Below, one piece after another: positions 55,601 through 64,000 of a stretch of DNA of 64,000 nt. The stretch is from assembly GCA_964016885.1 (NCBI GenBank), contig OZ024742.1, positions 13,950,001 through 14,014,000 of the forward strand. The letters are read 5' to 3'. The notes under the pieces were generated by a model. The model was given only the letters and a program-made list of their open reading frames with translations. It was not told the DNA's origin and searched no databases. Position numbers and translations under genes: made by a program. Position 1 is the stretch's first letter. The number at the start of each line of letters is the position of its first letter. Source of the stretch: Eledone cirrhosa. Taxonomy: Eukaryota.

Positions 55601-58600
55601 GTGACCAGCTGACCTAGTCTAGCTTCAATGTGAGACCTCTAACCCTAGAAGTGACCAGCTGACCTTGTCTAGCCTCACTGAGACCATCTAACGCAAGGAG
55701 TGACCACCTGACCTAGTGTAACCTTCTAACCCTAGAAGTGACCACCTTACCTAGTCTAGTCTCAATGTGAGACCTAACCCTAGAAGTGACCACCTGACCT
55801 AGTCTAGCCTCAATGTGAGATCTTACTCTAGAAGTGACCACCTGACCTAGTCTAGCCTCAATCTGAGACCTAACCCAAGAAGTGACCACCTGACCTAGTG
55901 TAACCTCAATCTGAGACCTAACCCTAGAAGTGACCACCTGACCTAGTTTAGCCTCAATGTGACCCCTTCAAACCCTAGAAGTGACCACCTGACCTAGTCT
56001 AGGTTCGATGTGAGACCTAACCCTAGAAGTGACCACCTGACCTAGTCTAGCCTCCAATGTGAGACCTAACCCTAGAAGTGACCACCTGGCCTAGTCTAGC
56101 CTCAATGTGAGACCTAACCCTAGAAGTGACCACCTGACCTAGTCTAGCCTCAATGTGAGACCTAACCCTAGAAGTGACCACCTGACCTAGTCTAGTTTCA
56201 ATGTGAGACCTAACCCTAAAAGTGACCACCTGACCTAGTCTAGCCTCAATGTGAGACCATCTAACCCTAGAAGTGACCACCTTACCTAGTCTAGTCTCAA
56301 TGTGAGACCTAACCCTAGAAGTGACCAGCTGACCTAGTCTAGCCTCAATGTGAGACTTCTAACCCTAGAAGTGACAACCTGACCTAGTGTAAACTGAATG
56401 TGAGACCTAACCCAAGAAGTGACCACCTGATTTAGTCTAGCCTCAATGTGAGACGATCTAACCCAAGAAGTGACCACCTGAACTAGTGTAACCTCAATGA
56501 GACCTAACCCTAGAAGTGACAACCTGACCTAGTCTAGCCTCAATGTGAGACCTAACCCTAGTAGTGACCACCTGACCTAGTCTAGCCTCAACGTGAGACC
56601 TAACCCTAGAAGTGACCACCTGACCTAATCTAGCCTCTGTGAGACTATCTAACCCAAGAAGTGACCACCTGACCTAGTCTAGCCTCAATGTGAGACCATC
56701 TAACCCTAGAAGTGACCACCTGACCTAGTCTAGCCTCCAATGTGAGACCTAACCCTAGAAGTGACCAGCTGGCCTAGTCTAGCCTCAATGTGAGACCTAA
56801 CCCTAGAAGTGACCACCTGACCTAGTCTAGCCTCAATGTGTGACCTATCCCTAGAAGTGACCACCTGACCTAGTGTAACCTAACTCTAGAAGTGACCAAC
56901 TGACCTAGTCTAGCCTAAATGTGAGACCTAACCCTAGAAGTGACCACCTGACCTAGTCTAGCCTCAATGTGAGACCATCTAACGCAAGAAGTGACCACCT
57001 GACCTAGTGTAACCTCAATGTGAGACATAACCCTAGAAGTGACCACCTGACCTAGTCTAACCTCAATGTGTGACCTTTTAACCCTAGAAGTGACCACCTC
57101 ACCTAGTCTAGCCTCAATGTGAGACCTAACCCTAGAAGTGACCACCTGACCTAGTCTAGCCTCAATGTGAGATTTCTAACCCTAGAAGTGACAACCTGAC
57201 CAAGTGTAAACTGAATGAGACCTTCTAACCCAAGAAGTGACCACCTGACCTAGTCTAGCCTCAATGTGAGACCTAACCCTAGAAGTGACCACCTGACCTA
57301 GTCTAGCCTCAATGTGAGATCTTACTCTAGAAGTGACCACCTGACCTAGTCTAGCCTCAATCTGAGACCTAACCCAAGAAGTGACCACCTGACCTAGTGT
57401 AACCTCAATCTGAGACCTAACCCTAGAAGTGACCACCTGACCTAGTTTAGCCTCAATGTGACCCCTTCAAACCCTAGAAGTGACCACCTGACCTAGTCTA
57501 GGTTCGATGTGAGACCTAACCCTAGAAGTGACCACCTGACCTAGTCTAGCCTCCAATGTGAGACCTAACCCTAGAAGTGACCACCTGGCCTAGTCTAGCC
57601 TCAATGTGAGACCTAACCCTAGAAGTGACCACCTGACCTAGTCTAGCCTCAATGTGAGACCTAACCCTAGAAGTGACCACCTGACCTAGTCTAGTTTCAA
57701 TGTGAGACCTAACCCTAAAAGTGACCACCTGACCTAGTCTAGCCTCAATGTGAGACCATCTAACCCTAGAAGTGACCACCTTACCTAGTCTAGTCTCAAT
57801 GTGAGACCTAACCCTAGAAGTGACCAGCTGACCTAGTCTAGCCTCAATGTGAGACTTCTAACCCTAGAAGTGACAACCTGACCTAGTGTAAACTGAATGT
57901 GAGACCTAACCCAAGAAGTGACCACCTGATTTAGTCTAGCCTCAATGTGAGACGGTCTAACCCAAGAAGTGACCACCTGAACTAGTGTAACCTCAATGAG
58001 ACCTAACCCTAGAAGTGACAACCTGACCTAGTCTAGCCTCAATGTGAGACCTAACCCTAGTAGTGACCACCTGACCTAGTCTAGCCTCAACGTGAGACCT
58101 AACCCTAGAAGTGACCACCTGACCTAATCTAGCCTCAGTGTGAGACTATCTAACCCAAGAAGTGACCACCTGACCTAGTCTAGCCTCAATGTGAGACCAT
58201 CTAACCCTAGAAGTGACCACCTGACCTAGTCTAGCCTCCAATGTGAGACCTAACCCTAGAAGTGACCAGCTGGCCTAGTCTAGCCTCAATGTGAGACCTA
58301 ACCCTAGAAGTGACCACCTGACCTAGTCTAGCCTCAATGTGTGACCTATCCCTAGAAGTGACCACCTGACCTAGTGTAACCTAACTCTAGAAGTGACCAA
58401 CTGACCTAGTCTAGCCTAAATGTGAGACCTAACCCTAGAAGTGACCACCTGACCTAGTCTAGCCTCAATGTGAGACCATCTAACGCAAGAAGTGACCACC
58501 TGACCTAGTGTAACCTCAATGTGAGACATAACCCTAGAAGTGACCACCTGACCTAGTCTAACCTCAATGTGTGACCTTTTAACCCTAGAAGTGACCACCT

Positions 58601-61455
58601 CACCTAGTCTAGCCTCAATGTGAGACCTAACCCTAGAAGTGACCACCTGACCTAGTCTAGCCTCAATGTGAGATTTCTAACCCTAGAAGTGACAACCTGA
58701 CCAAGTGTAAACTGAATGAGACCTTCTAACCCAAGAAGTGACCACCTGACCTAGTCTAGCCTCAATGTGAGACCTAACCCTAGAAGTGACCACCTGACCT
58801 AGTCTGGCCTCAATGTGAGACCTAACCCTAGAAGTGACCACCTCACCTAGTCTAACCTCAATGTGAGACCTCTAACCCTAGAAGTGACCAGCTGACCTTG
58901 TCTAGCCTCAAGGTGTGACTTATCCCTAGAAGTGACCACCTGACCTAGTGTAACCTAAACCTAGAAGTGACCACCTGACCTTGTGTAGCCTCACTGAGAC
59001 CATCTAACGCAAGGAGTGACCACCTGACCTAGTGTAACCTCAATGTGAGACCTTCTAACCCTAGAAGTGACCACCTTACCTAGTCTAGTCTCAATGTGAG
59101 ACCTAACCCTAGAGGTGACCACCTGACCTAGTCTAGCCTCAATATGAGATCTTACTCTAGAAGTGACCACCTGACGTAGTCTAGCCTCAATGTGAGACCT
59201 AACCTTAGCTGTGACCACCTGACCTAATCTAGTCTCAATGTGAGACTATCTAACCCAAGAAGTGACCAGCTGACCTAGTCTAGCTTCAATGTGAGACCTC
59301 TAACCCTAGAAGTGACCAGCTGACCTTGTCTAGCCTCACTGAGACCATCTAACGCAAGGAGTGACCACCTGACCTAGTGTAACCTTCTAACCCTAGAAGT
59401 GACCACCTTACCTAGTCTAGTCTCAATGTGAGACCTAACCCTAGAAGTGACCACCTGACCTAGTCTAGCCTCAATGTGAGATCTTACTCTAGAAGTGACC
59501 ACCTGACCTAGTCTAGCCTCAATCTGAGACCTAACCCAAGAAGTGACCACCTGACCTAGTGTAACCTCAATCTGAGACCTAACCCTAGAAGTGACCACCT
59601 GACCTAGTTTAGCCTCAATGTGACCCCTTCAAACCCTAGAAGTGACCACCTGACCTAGTCTAGGTTCGATGTGAGACCTAACCCTAGAAGTGACCACCTG
59701 ACCTAGTCTAGCCTCCAATGTGAGACCTAACCCTAGAAGTGACCACCTGGCCTAGTCTAGCCTCAATGTGAGACCTAACCCTAGAAGTGACCACCTGACC
59801 TAGTCTAGCCTCAATGTGAGACCTAACCCTAGAAGTGACCACCTGACCTAGTCTAGTTTCAATGTGAGACCTAACCCTAAAAGTGACCACCTGACCTAGT
59901 CTAGCCTCAATGTGAGACCATCTAACCCTAGAAGTGACCACCTTACCTAGTCTAGTCTCAATGTGAGACCTAACCCTAGAAGTGACCAGCTGACCTAGTC
60001 TAGCCTCAATGTGAGACTTCTAACCCTAGAAGTGACAACCTGACCTAGTGTAAACTGAATGTGAGACCTAACCCAAGAAGTGACCACCTGATTTAGTCTA
60101 GCCTCAATGTGAGACGATCTAACCCAAGAAGTGACCACCTGAACTAGTGTAACCTCAATGAGACCTAACCCTAGAAGTGACAACCTGACCTAGTCTAGCC
60201 TCAATGTGAGACCTAACCCTAGTAGTGACCACCTGACCTAGTCTAGCCTCAACGTGAGACCTAACCCTAGAAGTGACCACCTGACCTAATCTAGCCTCAG
60301 TGTGAGACTATCTAACCCAAGAAGTGACCACCTGACCTAGTCTAGCCTCAATGTGAGACCATCTAACCCTAGAAGTGACCACCTGACCTAGTCTAGCCTC
60401 CAATGTGAGACCTAACCCTAGAAGTGACCAGCTGGCCTAGTCTAGCCTCAATGTGAGACCTAACCCTAGAAGTGACCACCTGACCTAGTCTAGCCTCAAT
60501 GTGTGACCTATCCCTAGAAGTGACCACCTGACCTAGTGTAACCTAACTCTAGAAGTGACCAACTGACCTAGTCTAGCCTAAATGTGAGACCTAACCCTAG
60601 AAGTGACCACCTGACCTAGTCTAGCCTCAATGTGAGACCATCTAACGCAAGAAGTGACCACCTGACCTAGTGTAACCTCAATGTGAGACATAACCCTAGA
60701 AGTGACCACCTGACCTAGTCTAACCTCAATGTGTGACCTTTTAACCCTAGAAGTGACCACCTCACCTAGTCTAGCCTCAATGTGAGACCTAACCCTAGAA
60801 GTGACCACCTGACCTAGTCTAGCCTCAATGTGAGATTTCTAACCCTAGAAGTGACAACCTGACCAAGTGTAAACTGAATGAGACCTTCTAACCCAAGAAG
60901 TGACCACCTGACCTAGTCTAGCCTCAATGTGAGACCTAACCCTAGAAGTGACCACCTGACCTAGTCTGGCCTCAATGTGAGACCTAACCCTAGAAGTGAC
61001 CACCTCACCTAGTCTAACCTCAATGTGAGACCTCTAACCCTAGAAGTGACCAGCTGACCTTGTCTAGCCTCAAGGTGTGACTTATCCCTAGAAGTGACCA
61101 CCTGACCTAGTGTAACCTAAACCTAGAAGTGACCACCTGACCTTGTGTAGCCTCACTGAGACCATCTAACGCAAGGAGTGACCACCTGACCTAGTGTAAC
61201 CTCAATGTGAGACCTTCTAACCCTAGAAGTGACCACCTTACCTAGTCTAGTCTCAATGTGAGACCTAACCCTAGAGGTGACCACCTGACCTAGTCTAGCC
61301 TCAATATGAGATCTTACTCTAGAAGTGACCACCTGACGTAGTCTAGCCTCAATGTGAGACCTAACCTTAGCTGTGACCACCTGACCTAATCTAGTCTCAA
61401 TGTGAGACTATCTAACCCAAGAAGTGACCAGCTGACCTAGTCTAGCTTCAATGTG
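35150..61455. repeat. HOR family B array, about 12 units of 2,015, 2,114 or 2,162 bp plus rearranged intervals of 3,066 and 1,499 bp
   Basis: The marker ORF starts at 36516, 38531, 40546, 42660, 44675, 47741, 49756, 51870, 54032, 56047, 57546 and 59708. The spacings are 2015, 2015, 2114, 2015, 3066, 2015, 2114, 2162, 2015, 1499 and 2162. Confidence 0.92.
38200..46550. repeat. Two copies of a 4,129-bp HOR-B dimer (2,015 + 2,114); outer boundaries approximate
   Basis: Private variants are shared at exactly +4,129: 39665/43794 (TAACTCT) and 41083/45212 (TCTCGCC), plus GAAATGACC near 41355/45484. Confidence 0.85.
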
Positions 61456-64000
61456 AGACTTCTAACCCTGGAAGTGACAACCTGACCTAGTGTAAACTGA
61501 ATGTGAGACCTAACCCTAGAAGTGACCACCTGACGTAGTCTAACCTCAATGTTAGACCTAACCCTAGCAGTGACAACCTGACCTAGTCTAACCTCAATAT
61601 GAGACCATCTAACGCAAGAAGTGACCACCTGACCTAGTGTAACCTCAATGTGAGACCTAACCCTATAAGTGACCACCTGACCTAGTCTAGCCTCAATGTG
61701 AGACCTAACCCTAGAAGTGAACACCTGACCTAGTCTAGCCTCAATATGAGACCATCTAACCCTAGAAGTGACCACCTTACCTAGTCTAGTCTCAATGTGA
61801 GACCTAGCCCTAGAAGTGACCACCTGACCTAGTCTAGCCTCAATGTGAGATCTAACCCTAGAAGTGACCACCTAACTTAGTCTAGCCTCAATGTGAGACC
61901 TTCTCACCTTAGAAGTGACCACCTTACCTAATCTAGTCTCAATGTGAGACTATCTAACCCAAGAAGTGACCAGCTGACCTAGTCTAGCCTCAATGTGAGA
62001 CTTCTAACCCTAGAAGTGACAACCTGACCTAGTGTAAACTGAATGAGACCTAACCCAAGAAGTGACCACCTGACCTAGTCTAGCCTCAATGTGAGACGAT
62101 CTAACCCAAGAAGTGACCACCTGAACTAGTGTAACCTCAATGAGACCTAACCCTAGAAGTGACAACCTGACCTAGTCTAGCCTCAATGTGAGACCTAACC
62201 CTAGCAGTGACCACCTGACCTAGTCTAGCCTCAACGTGAGACCTAACCCTAGAAGTGACCACCTGACCTAATCTAGCCTCAATGTGAGACTCTCTAACCC
62301 AAGAAGTGACCACCTGACCTAGTCTAGCCTCAATGTGAGACCATCTAACCCTAGAAGTGACCACCTGACCTAGTCTAACCTCAATGTGAGACCTCTAACC
62401 CTAGAAGTGACCAGCTGACCTTGTCTAGCCTCAATGTTTGACCTATCCCTAGAAGTGACCACCTGACCTAGTCTAGCCTCAATGTGAGATAATCTAGCGC
62501 AAGAAGTGACCACCTGACCTAGTGTAACCTCAATGTGAGACCTAACCCTATAAGTGATCACCTGACCTAGTCTAGCCTCAATGTGAGACTTCTAACCCTA
62601 GAAGTGACAACCTGACCTAGTGTAAACTGAATGTGAGACCTAACCCAAGAAGTGACCACCTGATTTAGTCTAGCCTCAATGTGAGACGATCTAACCCAAG
62701 AAGTGACCACCTGAACTAGTGTAACCTCAATGAGACCTAACCCTAGAAGTGACAACCTGACCTAGTCTAGCCTCAATGTGAGACCTAACCCTAGTAGTGA
62801 CCACCTGACCTAGTCTAGCCTCAACGTGAGACCTAACCCTAGAAGTGACCACCTGACCTAATCTAGCCTCAGTGTGAGACTATCTAACCCAAGAAGTGAC
62901 CACCTGACCTAGTCTAGCCTCAATGTGAGACCATCTAACCCTAGAAGAGACCACCTGACCTAGTCTAACCTCAATGTGAGACCTCTAACCCTAGAAGTGA
63001 CCAGCTGACCTTGTCTAGCCTCAATGTGAGACTATCTAACCCAAGAAGTGACCACCTGACCTAGTCTAGCCTCAATCTGAGACCTAACCCAAGAAGTCAC
63101 CACCTGACCTAGTGTAACCTCAATCTGAGACCTAACCCTAGAAGTGACCACCTGACCTAGTCTAGCCTCAATGTGAGACTATCTAACCCAAGAAGTGACC
63201 ACCTGACCTAGTCTAGCCTCAATCTGAGACCTAACCCAAGAAGTGACCACCTGACCTAGTGTAACCTCAATCTGAGACCTAACCCTAGAAGTGACCACCT
63301 GACCTAGTTTAGCCTCAATGTGACCCCTTCAAACCCTAGAAGTGACCACCTGACCTAGTCTAGGTTCGATGTGAGACCTAACCCTAGAAGTGACCACCTG
63401 ACCTAGTCTAGCCTCCAATGTGAGACCTTCTAACCCTAGAAGTGACCACCTGGCCTAGTCTAGCCTCAATGTGAGACCTAACCCTAGAAGTGACCACCTG
63501 ACCTAGTCTAGCCTCAATGTGAGACCTAACCCTAGAAGTGACCACCTGACCTAGTCTAGTTTCAATGTGAGACCTAACCCTAAAAGTGACCACCTGACCT
63601 AGTCTAGCCTCAATGTGAGACCATCTAACCCTAGAAGTGACCACCTTACCTGGTCTAGTCTCAGTGTGAGACCTAACCCTAGAAGTGACCACCTGACCTA
63701 GTCTAGCCTCAATGTGAGACTTCTAACCCTAGAAGTGACAACCTGACCTAGTGTAAACTCAATGTGAAACCTAACCCAAGAAGTGACCACCTGACCTAGT
63801 CTAGCCTCAATGTTAGACGATCTAACCCAAGAAGTGACCACCTGACCTAGTGTAACCTCAATGAGACCTTCTAACCCTAGAAGAGACCATCTTACCTAGT
63901 CTAGCCTCAATGTGAGACCTAATCCTAGAAGTGACCACCTGACCTAGTCTAGCCTCAATGTGAGACTTCTAACCCAAGAAGTGACCACCTGACCTAGTGT
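61456..64000. repeat. Heterogeneous right part of the array: mosaic of modules seen at 11.9-14 kb, in HOR-B and in HOR-A
   Basis: 62137..62364 matches 13491..13718. The HOR-B marker CTGATTTAG lies near 62660. 62940-63390 resembles 11890-12390. GTGTAAACTCAATGTGAAAC near 63751 matches the copies near 2097 and 5891. Confidence 0.75.

Larger units (their letters stand above)
1..64000. repeat. Tandem satellite array, 48-bp consensus monomer, about 1,300 head-to-tail copies, running off both window ends
   Basis: A perfect consensus copy lies at 590-637 (AATGTGAGACCTAACCCTAGAAGTGACCACCTGACCTAGTCTAGCCTC). The same motif recurs every 46-51 bp on every line. I saw no unique sequence and no inversion. 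Confidence 0.99.

Noticed and set aside
58665-58811. 147-bp toggling module equals the nucleosome core length
   Set aside because: Any three monomers sum to about 144-150 bp, so the match carries no information without chromatin data.
497-63692. More than a hundred minus-strand ORFs encoding (SHIEARLGQVVTSRVR)n
   Set aside because: 48 is a multiple of 3 and only one of six frames lacks a stop, which is no more than chance for 16 codons. The ORFs mostly start at GTG/TTG, reach at most 144 aa, and are broken by 46/49/50-bp monomers and TAG-creating inserts that are amplified freely. There is no sign of coding constraint.
1-64000. CRISPR array
   Set aside because: The repeats abut directly. 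The variable slot is only 0-3 bp, there are no unique spacers, and there are no cas genes or leader.
1-64000. True telomerase-synthesised telomere tract
   Set aside because: There is no run of perfect TTAGGG or TTAGG. Each monomer has only about 1.5 units (CCTAACCCTAG), and the kb-scale HORs indicate copying by recombination or replication rather than template addition.
1-64000. Assignment to a known satellite family, such as the human 48-bp CER satellite or alpha satellite
   Set aside because: Only the length is similar to CER. I recognise no sequence similarity and see no CENP-B box. A database search is needed.
1-64000. Embedded transposon, unique island or inverted block
   Set aside because: None seen on reading through. 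All ORFs fall on one strand, consistent with a single orientation. A very short insertion could have been missed by eye.

Overview
The whole 64 kb window is one uninterrupted, single-orientation tandem satellite array of roughly 1,300 monomers, most likely eukaryotic heterochromatin (subtelomeric or pericentromeric). The consensus monomer is 48 bp: AATGTGAGACCTAACCCTAGAAGTGACCACCTGACCTAGTCTAGCCTC (50% GC, C-rich on +, no CpG, three CTAG). Length variants of 35, 38, 46, 49, 50 and 51 bp occur. I cannot support any gene, RNA gene, transposon or CRISPR array. All listed ORFs are read-throughs of the one stop-free frame of the monomer. The structure lies in the variant pattern, which is nested: degenerate telomere-like pentamers within the monomer, an old 195-bp 4-monomer module, higher-order repeat (HOR) family A (about 3.84-3.97 kb, with 2,099 and 6,068 bp periods), a 14.6/20.7 kb tandem duplication whose seam resolves to 4 bp, and HOR family B (2,015/2,114/2,162 bp, about 12 units) with its own 4,129 bp and 5-7 kb duplications. 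I do not recognise the satellite family or the organism. Periods come from ORF-track offsets and by-eye marker comparison, not from a computed alignment.
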